Below are positions 27,068 through 38,449 of a stretch of DNA of 64,000 nucleotides, in pieces. The notes under the pieces are model-generated. The model was not told the origin of the DNA and searched no databases. It saw only the letters and a list, made by a program, of their open reading frames with translations. Origin of the DNA: an uncultured bacterium (GTDB lineage: Bacteria; Oederibacteriota; PGYV01; CAWJRG01); contig CAWJRG010000005.1 of assembly GCA_963845185.1 (NCBI GenBank), positions 416,001 through 480,000 of the forward strand, written 5' to 3'. Numbering within the stretch: position 1 is the stretch's first letter; every line of letters begins with the position of its first letter. The position numbers and the translations under genes are program-made.

Positions 27068-28921
27068 TTATCTGTAAGGTGTCGGGAAAACGGTAAACCT
27101 GAAACTTAAGTAGCCGAGTATTGAGTACCCGCCGTCAAAATGAAAATATGCCAGGTCAAAACTGCTTAACCTGTCAATATGGACATTAACCAGCCACGGC
27201 GAAAGCGGCGCGTTTAACATCCCTGTAAACTCAACTCTAAGCCCCATCCGTGCAAAAATAGGCCTGCTTATACCGAAAAAATACGCTTTGTTTGATTCAT
27301 CGCTAGTGCTTAAGTATTGCGAAAGGTACGGCAAAAACTCATCCTGTGTGCCCATTATATATCCTGCATGGAAGGTTGTCTCCCAGAAAAGTTTTTTACT
27401 CACGGCGAGATAAATGCTTGAAAGGCTTGTAAAAGCGGCTTTTTGGCCATGCCCGGACAGCGAAATGGACTGTTCGACTTGGGTTGTATTTGAACTGACA
27501 GGGGCTCCTATCTGATCCTGCAGCAGCATGGTATACATATAACCTGCGGCAATTGATGGGATTGCTTCCCATTCGTTAAAAAGGCACCATTTCGCGTCGA
27601 CAGTGAGCAGCCATACGCCTAATTTTCCTATAGAATCTGTTCCCTTGTTGGCTACTATAATATTGTTTTGTTCTATGTTGCCGTGTTGTCCGAATATCTG
27701 GCCTATATAATATGAAAACATGCAGTCTACATTTAGCCCGTAATTGCTGTTGATATCGTTTCTTAAAGCCGTAGGTGCAAGTATGAGTCCGGTTCTGGGA
27801 GGCGGAAAAGCTACTGCACTGGCATAGTCCGAATCTTTTGATTCCCTTTTTGAAATATCAATTGCCCTTACAGTATAATAATATTTTACTCCTGGTTTCA
27901 GGCCGATGTCCGTGTACTGTGTTTTGGCGCCTGGTACAAAAGCTACAAACTTCATGGCTGTTGTTGTATTTCCCCTGTAAATATTGTAGCCGCTTGTTTC
28001 ATCGGTCCCTTTCATTGCGGTACTCCATTTTAATTGCGTGCTTTCTATATCCTGAAAAGCCTTGAAATCCTGCGGTTCGCCCGGATATACCAAATCAAGT
28101 GATTTTACCGAAAAAGCTTTTGACATATGGGTTTTGCCGGCCGAATCTATAATTTGTATTTTATAATAATATATAGTGGAAGTATTTATTTCGGCATCTA
28201 CGTATTTTTCTTCGGAAATTAATTCCTTGTTTATTTTTAAATAATCCTGTTTTGCAATTTTCCTGTAAACATTATAATAAAACTGTTCCTCGGGCTTTGC
28301 ACCGCTGGTTAATGATAAAGCGCCTGTCGTTGTCAATGCCATTGCAGCCGCACTCCCGGAAATTGCGTTTGGCGCAGCCGCCGTGGTTACAGACAACGCT
28401 GCTGTTGTTGTTTGTGCCGCTGCAGCAGCGCTGCCGGATACCGCATTTGGCGCTGCCACCGTGGTCACGGACAATGCTGCTGTCGCTGTCAATGCCGTTG
28501 CGCTGCCGGTAGCCATGCTTGGCATAGTTTGTGTCATCTTATTCCACCACCAGAGAGTTATCTTATTTAATTCATTTGCCGCAAAAGTAATATTAATATA
28601 CTCTCCGATGTCGGCCTTTGCGCTGGCAGTTAATGATAAAGCGCCTGTCGTTGTCAATGCCATTGCAGCCGCACTTCCGGAAATCGCATTTGGCGCAGCC
28701 GCCGTGGTCACGGACAATGCTGCTGTCGCTGTCAATGCCGTTGCGCTGCCGGTAATTGTATTTGGCTTAACTGCAGCTGTATTAGTATTTGCAATAGGGG
28801 CTGTGGCTGTAATCACTGCAGAAGCCGTGATTCCGGAAGCCGCGGTTTGCTGTGTATTCGCGAAAACTCCTGCATAAAGTATCAGCCCTGTTAAAACTGT
28901 CATTACTGTTGCTTTATTCAC
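27068..28921 (-). CDS. Secreted FnIII-domain protein with Ala/Thr repeats and a beta-barrel-like C-terminus
   Basis: YNVYR, YYYKI, GYNIYRG, YTDIGLKPGVKYYYTVRA; repeated SATALTATAALSVTT. Confidence 0.75.
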   Translation of the reverse strand: MNKATVMTVLTGLILYAGVFANTQQTAASGITASAVITATAPIANTNTAAVKPNTITGSATALTATAALSVTTAAAPNAISGSAAAMALTTTGALSLTASAKADIGEYINITFAANELNKITLWWWNKMTQTMPSMATGSATALTATAALSVTTVAAPNAVSGSAAAAAQTTTAALSVTTAAAPNAISGSAAAMALTTTGALSLTSGAKPEEQFYYNVYRKIAKQDYLKINKELISEEKYVDAEINTSTIYYYKIQIIDSAGKTHMSKAFSVKSLDLVYPGEPQDFKAFQDIESTQLKWSTAMKGTDETSGYNIYRGNTTTAMKFVAFVPGAKTQYTDIGLKPGVKYYYTVRAIDISKRESKDSDYASAVAFPPPRTGLILAPTALRNDINSNYGLNVDCMFSYYIGQIFGQHGNIEQNNIIVANKGTDSIGKLGVWLLTVDAKWCLFNEWEAIPSIAAGYMYTMLLQDQIGAPVSSNTTQVEQSISLSGHGQKAAFTSLSSIYLAVSKKLFWETTFHAGYIMGTQDEFLPYLSQYLSTSDESNKAYFFGISRPIFARMGLRVEFTGMLNAPLSPWLVNVHIDRLSSFDLAYFHFDGGYSILGYLSFRFTVFPTPYR

Positions 28922-28936
28922 CGGTTACTCCTAATG

Positions 28937-28997
28937 ATAGCGTTTATTTTGTCAAGCCAAAGCGCAGTTAAATAGTCCTGTGGACTGTTTAACGGGT
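28937..28997 (+). repeat. Partial copy (C) of the two-hairpin element joined to a different palindrome
   Basis: ATAGCGTTTATTTTGTCAAGC....GCGCAG versus ATATCGTTTGTTTTGTCAAGC.....GCGCAG; then GTTAAATAGTCC-TGT-GGACTGTTTAAC. Confidence 0.65.
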
Positions 28998-29053
28998 AGC
29001 CTCCATAAGTTTCAATATGAAAACTACCCTGAAGTTGTATTAGTCTTTTACTT

Positions 29054-29617
29054 TTACCAGGATAAAAAATTTCCAAAAAGTTTTTTGCCGTCCTCGGTCA
29101 AAATAGACTCCGGATGGAACTGTACGCCCTCGAGTTTGTATTTTTTATGCCTCACGCCCATTATTTCGCCCCTGTGCGTCCACGATGAGATTGTAAGCTC
29201 CACAGGCAGTGTTTTTTTGTCTGCCACAAGGGAGTGGTATCGTGTTGCAATAAAAGGGTTTTTTACGCCTTTATAAATGCCATTTTTGTCGTGATAAATC
29301 TGCGAGGTTTTACCGTGCATTATCCTGCTGTTTACCTTTATTTTCCCGCCCAGTGCTTCAACTATGCACTGGTGGCCGAGGCAAACTCCCAGTATCGGAA
29401 CTTTCCCCATGAAATCAAGTATGGCTTTTTTTGATATTCCTGCGTTTTCCGGCCACGATGGCCCGGGGGAAATAACAATATGTGTTGGTTTAAGCGCCTT
29501 TATTTCAGGGATACTTATTTCATCGTTCCTGAATACTTTTATATTTTTTGTCATTTCACCAAGATACTGCACTATATTATATGTGAAAGAATCATAGTTG
29601 TCTATCACCAAGACCAT
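29054..29617 (-). CDS. trpG: Anthranilate synthase component II / glutamine amidotransferase
   Basis: IDNYDSFTYN, ISPGP, GVCLGHQ, RYHSL, QFHPES. Confidence 0.93.
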   Translation of the reverse strand: MVLVIDNYDSFTYNIVQYLGEMTKNIKVFRNDEISIPEIKALKPTHIVISPGPSWPENAGISKKAILDFMGKVPILGVCLGHQCIVEALGGKIKVNSRIMHGKTSQIYHDKNGIYKGVKNPFIATRYHSLVADKKTLPVELTISSWTHRGEIMGVRHKKYKLEGVQFHPESILTEDGKKLFGNFLSW

Positions 29618-29693
29618 TTATGACATCTCCTTAAATTCCGCTTAATTTGCCAAGTCATCAACAAATTAGACGTTATATGTGGTATAAAAAGCT

Positions 29694-31184
29694 TTAAACA
29701 TTAAACATATCCCCTGCTTTTTTCACTGCCTCGAATACGGCTTTTGCCTTGTTTAATGTTTCTTTATACTCAAAATCAGGCTTTGAATCTGCTACCACGC
29801 CGCCGCCAGCCTGCATTGTTATCCTGCCTTTTGAATAATATATTGTCCTTATGGAAATACATGTTTCCATCGCTCCCGAAAAACTTATTATACCGACTGC
29901 GCCGGCATATGGTCCGCGTTTATAACGTTCCATCTCATCTATTATCCGCATTGCCCAGACCTTCGGCGCTCCAGAAACTGTGCCCGCAGGGAAAGTGGAC
30001 TTGAACACATCAAAACAATCGCTGCCGGGTTTGAGCTTCCCGGTCACGCTCGATACAATATGCATCACGTGTGAATAGCGCTCTATGAACATCATTCCAT
30101 TGACTACAACGCTGCCTGTTTCGCACACCTTTCCCAGGTCATTCCTTCCGAGATCCACAAGCATAACGTGCTCGGCGCGTTCTTTTTCGTCTGATAAAAG
30201 TTCTTTCTCAAGTTTCTTGTCTTCTTCCTCTGTCTTCCCCCTCCTGCGGGTACCTGCTATTGGCCTGACCTCCGCGACTTTGTTGTCCACCCTCACCATA
30301 AGCTCAGGCGAGGCGCCTATGATTACCTTATCTTTCATGTGCAAATAGTGCATATAGGGCGACGGGTTGACTGTGCGCAGGCTCCTGTAAATAAACAGCG
30401 GGTCTCCTGAAAAAGACGCCCCGAACCGCTGTGAAGGCACCACCTGTATGCCTTCCCCGTTTTTTATCAGGCCTACTGTCTTTTTTACTATCGTCTTGTA
30501 TTCAGCCGGTTTTGTAAAATACCTTATTGCGCCGGCCTTTATGCGGACCGGTTTTTCTTCTTTCCCGGGTTTTCTTAAATCCCTGATTATGGTTTTAATT
30601 TTATTGCAGGCCTTAAGATACTTTTCCCTTATATTACTTGTTTTTTCGTCTTTCTCCGTCATTATATTTACCACAACCTGTATTTTGTGGTACACGTGGT
30701 CAAACACCATGAGCACGTCGTTGAACATCAGGTAAATATCCGGCCAGTCGAGCGTATCTATTTTGTTTTCATCCGGCACTTTTTCATAGAGTTTTATTAC
30801 ATCATAACCGATATATCCGACAGCACCGCCGGTAAAATGCGGTATGCCGGATATAGGAGCACATTTAAACCCCGCAAATATCTTTTTAAGTATTGCTATG
30901 GGGTCTTTTGTCTCTATCGCTGTTTTTTTGCCTCCGCGCTCCTCCCTTATAACCCTGCCGTCCCTGTATAAAAAAATCTCGTACGGCTCCCTGCTCAAAA
31001 AAGAATACCTCGCGGTTTTTTCCCCCCCTTCTATTGACTCGAGCAAAAAAGAATTATCCGGATTGTCGATTTTCATGTACGCGGACAGCGGCGTCTCCAT
31101 ATCAGCCAGCGTTTCCCCGTAAACCGGTATGACATTATATATCTTTGCAAACTTTAACACCTGTTTTAAACTAACATTAATCAT
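29694..31184 (-). CDS. trpE: Anthranilate synthase component I
   Basis: [41 protein letters not shown]. Confidence 0.95.
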   Translation of the reverse strand: MINVSLKQVLKFAKIYNVIPVYGETLADMETPLSAYMKIDNPDNSFLLESIEGGEKTARYSFLSREPYEIFLYRDGRVIREERGGKKTAIETKDPIAILKKIFAGFKCAPISGIPHFTGGAVGYIGYDVIKLYEKVPDENKIDTLDWPDIYLMFNDVLMVFDHVYHKIQVVVNIMTEKDEKTSNIREKYLKACNKIKTIIRDLRKPGKEEKPVRIKAGAIRYFTKPAEYKTIVKKTVGLIKNGEGIQVVPSQRFGASFSGDPLFIYRSLRTVNPSPYMHYLHMKDKVIIGASPELMVRVDNKVAEVRPIAGTRRRGKTEEEDKKLEKELLSDEKERAEHVMLVDLGRNDLGKVCETGSVVVNGMMFIERYSHVMHIVSSVTGKLKPGSDCFDVFKSTFPAGTVSGAPKVWAMRIIDEMERYKRGPYAGAVGIISFSGAMETCISIRTIYYSKGRITMQAGGGVVADSKPDFEYKETLNKAKAVFEAVKKAGDMFNV

Positions 31185-31253
31185 TTTTTATCCTTTGTTA
31201 TTTTAAATGTAACGAAGCAGCAATTTTGCTTAATAGGGCTATGTAATCCCGTT

Positions 31254-31649
31254 TTATTTTTTCTTATACACTTTTGCCGGGTCAAATACTTTTTTTCCGA
31301 TTTTTTTTAATGTTTCGTCCGGCTTTATTTCAGTAAAAAAGCAACTTTTGTAGCCTGTATGGCAAGCGGCACCGCCTACTTGGTCGACTTTTATCAGTAC
31401 CGCGTCCTTGTCGCAATCAATAAAAATTTTTTTTACTTTCTGGACGTTGCCTGATTCCTCGCCCTTTAACCATAACTTGCTCCGCGACCGCGACCAGTAG
31501 TGCACTTTTCGTGTGGCTAGTGTCTTTTCGAGCGCTTCTTTGTTCATCCACGCTATCATTAATATGTCGCCCGTACCTGAATCCTGGGCTATTGCCGCAA
31601 TAAGCCCTTTTTCATCGAATTTCAACTTATTTATATCGAACTTTTCCAT
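31254..31649 (-). CDS. hisI: Phosphoribosyl-AMP cyclohydrolase
   Basis: [28 protein letters not shown]. Confidence 0.96.
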   Translation of the reverse strand: MEKFDINKLKFDEKGLIAAIAQDSGTGDILMIAWMNKEALEKTLATRKVHYWSRSRSKLWLKGEESGNVQKVKKIFIDCDKDAVLIKVDQVGGAACHTGYKSCFFTEIKPDETLKKIGKKVFDPAKVYKKK

Positions 31650-31681
31650 GTTTTCTCCCGCTTCATCTGAATAAAATAAAT

Positions 31682-33967
31682 TTAATATATTTCCTTTATA
31701 CCATTAGTATAATCCAAACTGTTATTCTTAAAAAATAGACTTACAGGATTGACAAACTCCGTGTAAGGATGATTGTCTGTAATTACCGGATATTTTTCAA
31801 TTTTAGGACCTATTGTTTCGGGATTTCCAAGATAAAGGGCAAGCAGTTGATCTGCCGTAACACAACTCTTGTCATATTCCGAAAGGTCTTCAACTATTTT
31901 TTTATCTGCAAAAGCCTTCCTGATTTTTTTTGCATCGATTTCCATTTTTTTCAGTTTACCTAGCATATAAAAACCCCAGTTATTAGGCCCTTTCCATACT
32001 ATACTTTCGGGAAATACCGTAAAAAAAGTCCTTAAAATCATGCGGTTATCCAGCTTGGTTCCTCCGGGAAACCACATGCACATAACACCGCCCGGGGTCA
32101 GGTGTTCTTTGCATAATTCAAGAAATTCACGTGTGTACAGGTTTACTGTACCGGCGCTGTAGATCGGTGGCGACGGATCTATGCTAATCATGTCATATTT
32201 ATCCGACGAAAGCAGCAGAAAATTGCGCCCGTCTTCAACATTAAGATTTAGCTTCCCGTATTTTAAAATCTCTGCCGCGTTTTTGTGGTAATACCCGAAG
32301 CATTTATATACCTCGGGTACAAGTTCTGAAATTGTTATATCAATATTGCCGTATGTTACTGCTGATTCAAGTATAGTTCCCATGCCGAAACATATTATAA
32401 GCATTTTATCAGGTTTATCTGCGAATAATACGGGCAGATGAGCCATTAGTTTCGTCTCTGTGCACAAAGACGTTTGCCCCACGCCGTTGATCTCAAGCAC
32501 TTTAGAATCGTTAAAGTAGCAGCTTGTCACCGTGCCCTGCACGCCTTCTTTGTTATAATATATTTCACTTTTGGGATATTTGCTTATTCTGTTCTTTAAC
32601 ACGTCCAGAAATACGTCTTTGTTCAGTGCTCCCGCCATCAACAACACGATAATCACAGCAGCTGCCCCATATGCAAAAACGGATTTTTTCGTTTTATCCG
32701 GCGCTATAAATAATAAACTGATCCCGACAACCATATTGACAGCCGCGAGCAGCATGATTGTCTTTGTGGACCCTATCAGGCTTATAAAAATAAAACCCGT
32801 AACTATGGAGCCAAGCACATTTCCAGCTGTATTAAAACTGTAAATCGTACCTATGTCCCCGCCTATTTCGTCCTTGTTTCCGGCATAACACACGGCTGCC
32901 ACAGGGAATATCATGCCGAAAATAAACGCTGTAGGAAAGACCAGGTATATCGGGGATAATAATCTCAAATACTTATTGATATCGAACAAAGGAAAAATAT
33001 ACAGGCTGATAAGAGAGACTATGCTTAATGCGAGTTGGAGTGTACCGAACATTATAAGCCGGTTGCCTTTCTTTCCAAGCATTTTGTTTGCAAATAGACT
33101 GCCTGATGCAATGCCCAAAAGAAATACCGCAAGCATCGCAGAAAAGGCATAAACCGAAACTTGAAGGTACAGAATTAACTGCCTTGTCCAGATCACTTCA
33201 TACGCAAGGGCTGTAAATCCGCTTATTAAAACAAAAATCAACACGGCAGTCCTTGTTTTGCCGGAATAAAGCGAATCAGGCTCTGATTTAGCCGTCATGC
33301 CGTCAACGCCAGCCTCCGTTCCTGCTCCGGACCACATAGTTTTTATACCGATAATCAAGACTGTTCCGGAAACCAGCAGGTTTACAGCTACGCCGAGCAA
33401 TATTGTCTTCCATTCTCCGAGTTTCCCGATTGTAATAAATCCGCTTAGGAGCACGCCAGTAACTGCCCCGAAAGTATTGAAACCATACAACAGGCTTAGA
33501 TTGTTGCCAAATAGCCTGTCTTTTTTAGTCAAATAACCCGTCAGAACCGGCAAAGTTCCGCCCATAAGCGTCGTTGGGATTAAGAGAGTTAAAAAAGACA
33601 CAAGGCATCTGAGCAGCATAATAACCGGCCTATTATGGTCGCTTAATTCGTATAGGCCTTTATACAGTGGCACCGAAAACTGAAAAAGGAAAGGCGTTAT
33701 CACTGCGGTTATGGCAATCAACATTTCAAGCAGCGCATACAATTTCAGCAGGCTTTTTAGCCTGTCGCTGAATTTGCCGAATATATAGCTACCTATGCCC
33801 AGCCCGGCCATAAAAGCCGCAATCGTAATCGATGTGGCGTATGTTGTCACGCCAAGTACCCGTGACAGCATCCTGAGCCATACAACTTTGTAAACAAGCC
33901 CGCTGATCCCGGATAGGAAAAATAACAAAATCAGTATCCTTTTTTCCTTCGAAAAAACCGTAAGCAT
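31682..33967 (-). CDS. Fused MFS-like membrane / spermidine-synthase-like protein
   Basis: [33 protein letters not shown]. Confidence 0.88.
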   Translation of the reverse strand: MLTVFSKEKRILILLFFLSGISGLVYKVVWLRMLSRVLGVTTYATSITIAAFMAGLGIGSYIFGKFSDRLKSLLKLYALLEMLIAITAVITPFLFQFSVPLYKGLYELSDHNRPVIMLLRCLVSFLTLLIPTTLMGGTLPVLTGYLTKKDRLFGNNLSLLYGFNTFGAVTGVLLSGFITIGKLGEWKTILLGVAVNLLVSGTVLIIGIKTMWSGAGTEAGVDGMTAKSEPDSLYSGKTRTAVLIFVLISGFTALAYEVIWTRQLILYLQVSVYAFSAMLAVFLLGIASGSLFANKMLGKKGNRLIMFGTLQLALSIVSLISLYIFPLFDINKYLRLLSPIYLVFPTAFIFGMIFPVAAVCYAGNKDEIGGDIGTIYSFNTAGNVLGSIVTGFIFISLIGSTKTIMLLAAVNMVVGISLLFIAPDKTKKSVFAYGAAAVIIVLLMAGALNKDVFLDVLKNRISKYPKSEIYYNKEGVQGTVTSCYFNDSKVLEINGVGQTSLCTETKLMAHLPVLFADKPDKMLIICFGMGTILESAVTYGNIDITISELVPEVYKCFGYYHKNAAEILKYGKLNLNVEDGRNFLLLSSDKYDMISIDPSPPIYSAGTVNLYTREFLELCKEHLTPGGVMCMWFPGGTKLDNRMILRTFFTVFPESIVWKGPNNWGFYMLGKLKKMEIDAKKIRKAFADKKIVEDLSEYDKSCVTADQLLALYLGNPETIGPKIEKYPVITDNHPYTEFVNPVSLFFKNNSLDYTNGIKEIY

Positions 33968-34180
33968 TCATCACCTCTTGTATATAATCCATTTTATTTT
34001 TCTAAAGTTTTCAGGGTAATATTGCCCTTATAATTAATAATGTTTATATATAATAGCTAAAAAATATCAAAAGTAAAGGCAAAAATCCGGTACTGTAAAT
34101 ACAAAATAACATTATCATATTTTTGAAAAAAAATTAAATTTGTTATTATTGAACCCCCCTCCTGTTTTTTTATGCTTGGA

Positions 34181-34429
34181 TTACAAATAAATAAATATGT
34201 TTTTCCCGTTGCCGTGCTTACCAACAACTCTTTTGCAGCCTTTTTGAATAAAAAATTCTTGCATATCGTAGGCTATTTCTTCTGAATTTGCTTCCCATAC
34301 ATACCATTCTCTCGGATTTCCGCGTTCTTTTTTCTTTTCTTCTGGTTTATCCGTAACCCCAATGGTCCATATCGGATAATTACCTTTGATAATGCCTTCT
34401 ATCAGCAAAATCAGCTGAAATTTTTCCAT
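34181..34429 (-). CDS. Small hypothetical protein, possibly a permuted GIY-YIG fold
   Basis: WTIGVTDKP...W..A.SE..A...Q.FF...G...IFIY; has its own promoter. Confidence 0.6.
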   Translation of the reverse strand: MEKFQLILLIEGIIKGNYPIWTIGVTDKPEEKKKERGNPREWYVWEANSEEIAYDMQEFFIQKGCKRVVGKHGNGKNIFIYL

Positions 34430-34462
34430 AAAGCACCTCAAAAATCCTTCACCACTATTATA

Positions 34463-34491
34463 ATTATAATATATTTTATCTATTTTGTCAA
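34463..34491 (-). promoter_or_regulatory. Sigma70 promoter
   Basis: TTGACA-N17-TATAAT. Confidence 0.75.
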
Positions 34492-34745
34492 GTATAATAG
34501 TAATAATTTAGTTAGTAAATTTTAAAATTTAAACTAATATTATCTGTTATGTAATAATACTAATTAATATAATATTGCATTTTATAGTATTCTATACGAA
34601 ATTTTTCGAAAGCATATAAATAAAAGTATTTTAGCATCATATCCTTCAGATATTATAATTCATTAAAATTTTAACACTTTATGCTTGTCAGCTTTTTCTC
34701 TTTCTAATATAATCATTTTGTTCATTTAATTATACGAGGATAAAA

Positions 34746-36152
34746 ATGAAAGATTTAACAAAAGGAAGTATTGTAAAAAATCTCATAGCATACGCTGCTC
34801 CGGCAGTATTAGCAGACTTTCTTCAGTCTCTATATAGCGCGATTGACGCTTTCTGGACCGGCAGACTGATAGGTGCAAAAGCTATTGCTGCAGTTTCCGC
34901 AAGCTTGCCGATAGTGTTTTTCCTGGTTTCCCTTTTGATTGGGCTCGGAGCTGCAACTGTCATAATGACAGGCCAGGCCTATGGAAAAAAAGACATGGAA
35001 CTTCTGTCAAAGATACTTGTTAATTCTTTTTTTACGATACTTGCGCTTTGCGCCATAGTTACAGTAGTTGGCGTTATTTTTGCCTTGCCTATACTTAAAT
35101 TTTTGCATACACCGGCTGATATTATAAACAGTGCTCATTTATTCATTATAATAATATTATATGGAACTGTGCTCATATTCGCCACGAACTGGTTTTCCTC
35201 GATACTGCGCGGCCTCGGTGATACAGTAACGCCCCTGATTTTACTAGCAATAGATGTAGGAATAAATATAGTTCTCGCGCCATTTTTAATAGCAGGCATG
35301 GGCCCATTTCCCAAAATGGGCATAGCTGGCTCTGCTGTCTCTACCCTCGTCGCAGGCCTGGTTATCACAATTATCTCGTTTATTTATTTAGGAAAAAAAT
35401 ACCCGTTTTTTAATGTGACAAAATGGAAATTTAAATTTAACTTTAAAATAATCACGGATATATTTGCGATCGGAATCCCGATTACCCTGCAGATGATGAT
35501 TGTTTCGACTGCCTCAATCATACTTGTATCGTTTGTAAACAGGTTTGGCTCTGATGTGGTTGCTGCATACGGCATAGGGCTCAGGATAGACCAGTTTTCA
35601 TTTATACCCGCAATGTCTCTCGGCGGCGCCGCGTCCGCCTTTGCCGCGCAGGCAATCGGCGCGAATAAAGAAAATATGCTGAAAGAAATCGTAAAATGGG
35701 TTGCTATTCTTTCGCTTGCATTTTCCCTTTTCTTTTTTGCTCTGATAAATATTTTTCCTTCAGCCATAACATCCATTTTTACCAACAGCCCAGGTGTGAT
35801 TTCAAGCGCATTTTATTATTTCAGGATAGATTCCTTTACTTATTTTGCTTTTGCTCTGCTTTTTACCTACCAGGGTATAATCAGGGGCGCTGGAAACACC
35901 CTGCCCTCTGCTCTAATTTCGCTGGTTTCCCTGCTTTTATTCAGGGCCGGCCTTGCATGGTTTTTAATAGAAAAAACTCATTTTGCGGAAAAAGGCATCT
36001 GGCTTGCCATGACAGCAAGTTCTTATCTTGCAATGCTGCTGAATTATTTTTATTACAGGTTTGGTAACTGGAAGGATAAGTTCCTGCTGGAAAACATCGA
36101 GGTAAAAAAGGAATGCCTTGACTGCCTGCCCGGCACCGAGCACAGGCGGTAA
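34746..36152 (+). CDS. MATE family efflux transporter
   Basis: MKDLTKGSI, LRGLGDT, GIAGSA, about 12 TMs. Confidence 0.93.
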   Translation: MKDLTKGSIVKNLIAYAAPAVLADFLQSLYSAIDAFWTGRLIGAKAIAAVSASLPIVFFLVSLLIGLGAATVIMTGQAYGKKDMELLSKILVNSFFTILALCAIVTVVGVIFALPILKFLHTPADIINSAHLFIIIILYGTVLIFATNWFSSILRGLGDTVTPLILLAIDVGINIVLAPFLIAGMGPFPKMGIAGSAVSTLVAGLVITIISFIYLGKKYPFFNVTKWKFKFNFKIITDIFAIGIPITLQMMIVSTASIILVSFVNRFGSDVVAAYGIGLRIDQFSFIPAMSLGGAASAFAAQAIGANKENMLKEIVKWVAILSLAFSLFFFALINIFPSAITSIFTNSPGVISSAFYYFRIDSFTYFAFALLFTYQGIIRGAGNTLPSALISLVSLLLFRAGLAWFLIEKTHFAEKGIWLAMTASSYLAMLLNYFYYRFGNWKDKFLLENIEVKKECLDCLPGTEHRR

Positions 36153-36194
36153 AAATATTTAAGCAACATATTTCTTTGTTAATTTATGACTTAA

Positions 36195-37527
36195 CAGGCT
36201 GCTGAAAAAGTCAGTTTAAAAGTAATGCCAATGTGTTAAAATGGTAAAAATCATAAAACACGGAGGCTACACAAATGCGTGGAAATGAAACAAAACAGGG
36301 ATATATGTTCAGTTATCTATCGCCGGAATTTAGAGTTCCAAAAAACCATCCGCTCCGCAAGATAAAGAAAATGGCAGAAGAAGCGCTAAAAAGGATGTCG
36401 CCGCTCTTTGATAGAATATACAGTATCATAGGAAGGCCATCAATACCGCCGGAAACGCTATTGAAAGCGCAGCTTTTAATAGCGTTTTATTCGATAAGGT
36501 CGGATAGGCTGTTTTGTGAGAAAGCGGATTTGGATATATTATTCCGGTGGTTTTTGGATATGAATATGGAAGAAGAAATGTTTGACGCAAGCGTATTTTC
36601 CAAAAACAGGGAAAGATTAATGGAAAACGAGGTTGCTTATCGTTTTTTGAATGAAGTGATAAGAATAGCCCGGGAGAATGACCTGATGTCGGATGAACAT
36701 TTTACTGCCGACGGAACGCTGATAGAAGCATGGGCTTCAATGAAAAGTTTCGTGAAGAAAGACGGCGGAGACAAGCGAAAAGACGACGGAGATCCGGGTA
36801 ATCCATCGGTGGATTTTCATGGCGAGAAAAGGAAAAACGAGACGCATCAAAGCACAACGGATCCGGAAGCATTGTTAATGAAGAAGGCCAAAGGCAAAGA
36901 AGCAAAATTGAGCTTTTGTGAAACCGTATTAATGGAAAACCGTAACGGGCTCATAGTGGATGTGTCGCTGACACAGGCAAGAAAAGACGCGGAAACCAAA
37001 GAAACGCTGAGGATGTTAAGGAAAGAACGACGGCGAGGAAAAGGCAGTATAAAAACCATAGGCGGAGATAAAGGATTCTGTAATAATAAATTTGTCGGCA
37101 AGGTAAGAAAAATGAAAATAAAACCGCATATAGCGAAGATAGAAAAATGGAAAATATTCGGGCTTGACGGAAGAACCATAGGAAGCATCGGTTACGCGAT
37201 AAGCAGAGTGAAAAGAAAACTGGTTGAAGAGATATTTGGATGGAAGAAAACTGTTGGCGGAGCAAGAAAGACCAAACTTATAGGAGTAAAACGAAACCAG
37301 GAACAATCAAGTATTATATCGGTGGCGTATAATCTTCGGCGAATGGCCAGATTGATACCTGCAACATAGTGAAAAAATCGAGATATGAAAAACAGCGCAG
37401 AAAACATTAAAAGAAAAATAAGGAAATAGGAAAAGTTAAGGTAAAGTAATAGATGAAGGGTTGAAAAATTGAAAAAAATAGCGGCAGGAAAAGAAAAATT
37501 CTTAAAAAGTTATTTTTCAGCAGCCTG
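36195..37527 (+). mobile_element. IS5-family insertion sequence
   Basis: 15-bp perfect TIRs CAGGCTGCTGAAAAA; TTAA on both sides (36191-36194, 37528-37531). Confidence 0.93.
36275..37369 (+). CDS. IS5-family DDE transposase
   Basis: MFSYLSPE.RVP..HPLR, FTADGTLI, GGDKGF, RKLVEEIFGW.K. Confidence 0.93.
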   Translation: MRGNETKQGYMFSYLSPEFRVPKNHPLRKIKKMAEEALKRMSPLFDRIYSIIGRPSIPPETLLKAQLLIAFYSIRSDRLFCEKADLDILFRWFLDMNMEEEMFDASVFSKNRERLMENEVAYRFLNEVIRIARENDLMSDEHFTADGTLIEAWASMKSFVKKDGGDKRKDDGDPGNPSVDFHGEKRKNETHQSTTDPEALLMKKAKGKEAKLSFCETVLMENRNGLIVDVSLTQARKDAETKETLRMLRKERRRGKGSIKTIGGDKGFCNNKFVGKVRKMKIKPHIAKIEKWKIFGLDGRTIGSIGYAISRVKRKLVEEIFGWKKTVGGARKTKLIGVKRNQEQSSIISVAYNLRRMARLIPAT

Positions 37528-38449
37528 TTAAATATTTTTTTCGTTCTTCAAAAAGTACTAACTGTTTTTCTTCTGGAATCAATTCATAATTGTGCTTTTT
37601 AATATGTGATTCAAAATTATAAACAAGAGCTTCGACAATAGAATTTCTATTTTCTATCTTGCCGCCCGAATGATAATAATGATTTTTTGTAACAATATTA
37701 AACTTTTTCCAATACTTTTTTATCATAGAATTTTCTCTGTAATCGTTATGATGCCATGTTGATAATATAAACTTTGCTTTTGTATTATTTAAAGCCTCAA
37801 ATAAATCATGTTCATCTTCGTCAGTCCAGCCGTTATAATAATCAACATAACGGCCATGATAAGGAGGATCACAATAAATAATATCATTAGCTGTTGCCGT
37901 TTCTATAGCTTTTCGAAAATCTTTACATATAAATTGCCATTTCACTGAAATTAGGCAGCCAATTTTCGATACTTGGTTAACAATTTTTGTTATATAGGAT
38001 TTACTAAAACGTTCCGGTTTTTTACAAAACGGAATGTTCCATTTGCCGCTTTTATTGAAACGTATCATTCCATTAAAACCAGCTCTTGATAAAAACAAAA
38101 AATCCAAGGGCTGAAAATTACTGTTGAATCTGTCCCTAATATATTTGTAGTGTTCATATCCCCGATCTCCTGAATGTTTTAATATATTTCCTTCTTTTTC
38201 AAGGTACTGTCTGACAATTATTGGTGTAATTTGATCGGTTTTTATAGCATTATAAAAATTGATTAAATGTGGATTAATATCAAAAAGTAAATTTTCTTTG
38301 AATCCTACATTAAATGCAACTACTCCCGTTCCCATAAATGGTTCTATCCAACGTCCGGTATTTTGCGGAATTAAAGCATTAATCCATATGACAAGCTTTG
38401 TTTTTATCCCTTGACTTTTGATAGGCGGTACTATTATTTTACCCATCAA
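37517..38449 (-). CDS. Dam/D12-class N6-adenine methyltransferase (M.EcoRV-like)
   Basis: PPIKSQGIKTKL, EPFMGTG, YCDPPY; last codons supplied by the IS end. Confidence 0.92.
   Translation of the reverse strand: MMGKIIVPPIKSQGIKTKLVIWINALIPQNTGRWIEPFMGTGVVAFNVGFKENLLFDINPHLINFYNAIKTDQITPIIVRQYLEKEGNILKHSGDRGYEHYKYIRDRFNSNFQPLDFLFLSRAGFNGMIRFNKSGKWNIPFCKKPERFSKSYITKIVNQVSKIGCLISVKWQFICKDFRKAIETATANDIIYCDPPYHGRYVDYYNGWTDEDEHDLFEALNNTKAKFILSTWHHNDYRENSMIKKYWKKFNIVTKNHYYHSGGKIENRNSIVEALVYNFESHIKKHNYELIPEEKQLVLFEERKKYLTGC

Noticed and set aside
18919..28997. Two-hairpin elements as integron attC sites
   Set aside because: No consistent RYYYAAC/GTTRRRY ends, no integrase, and the flanking genes are housekeeping rather than cassettes
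29660..29695. CGTCTA between trpE and trpG as a fifth ECF promoter
   Set aside because: No matching -35 element at 16-17 bp spacing
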